A stretch of DNA of 20,000 bases, from contig NW_025215325.1 of assembly GCF_004010195.1 (NCBI RefSeq), positions 60,428 through 80,427 of the forward strand. The letters run 5' to 3'. Source of the stretch: Chiloscyllium plagiosum. Lineage: Eukaryota. The position numbers and the translations under genes were made by a program. The stretch's first letter is position 1, and every line of letters begins with the position of its first letter. A model generated the notes under the pieces. It did not search any database. It saw only the letters and a program-made list of their open reading frames with translations, and was not told the origin of the DNA. Below are positions 19,598 through 20,000 of the stretch, one piece after another.

Positions 19598-19835
19598 CTG
19601 GGGGGACCTGGAGTCAGTGTGTTCTGTCCCTGAAGTGAACCTGAACCCTTTCAGTCCCACATCATCACCCCCACCCAAACTCCGGGAGTCCCCGCCTCAC
19701 TCCCTCTGTCCCTCACTGGGGGGACCTGGAGTCAGCGTGTTCTGTCCCTGAAGTGAACCTGAACCCTTTCAGTCCCACATCATCACCCCCACCCAAACTC
19801 CGGGAGTCCCCGCCTCACTCCCTCTGTCCCTCACT
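19598..19835. repeat. 118-bp tandem duplication
   Basis: Copies start at 19598 and 19716 and are nearly identical. Confidence 0.93.
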
Positions 19836-20000
19836 CCCTCTGTCCCTCACACCTTCTATCCCTGAGCCTCACTCCCTCTGTCCCTGTCCCTCGCTCCCTC
19901 ACTCCCTCTGTCCCAGTCCCTCACTCCCTCTGTTCCAGTCCCTCACTCCCTCTGTCCCTATCCCTCACTCCCTCTGTCCTTGTCCCTCACTCCCTCTGTC
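19814..20000. repeat. Pyrimidine-rich repeat (CCTCACTCCCTCTGTC)n, runs off the window
   Basis: Directly visible. Confidence 0.9.

Overview
Eukaryotic, repeat-rich genomic DNA, most likely from a cartilaginous fish (shark). The basis is HE1-type V-SINEs, HER1/CR1-type LINE fragments and Deu-domain SINEs, all recognised from memory rather than by database search. Most of the window is decayed retroelements, minisatellites and five assembly gaps. Four things stand out. (1) A small CpG-rich promoter (~2385-2562) has ZNF143/THAP11-type and NRF1-type motifs and minus-strand splice donors. (2) Directly downstream on the minus strand is a ~38-unit, 30-bp tandem array forming a 428-aa ORF of (QQGPPGSLIx)n. 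(3) Several short hairpin (inverted-repeat) elements carry minimal hammerhead-ribozyme-like cores of the Penelope type, two of them with exact 14-bp target-site duplications. (4) A few weak minus-strand exon candidates may belong to an unidentified upstream gene. No gene could be named.
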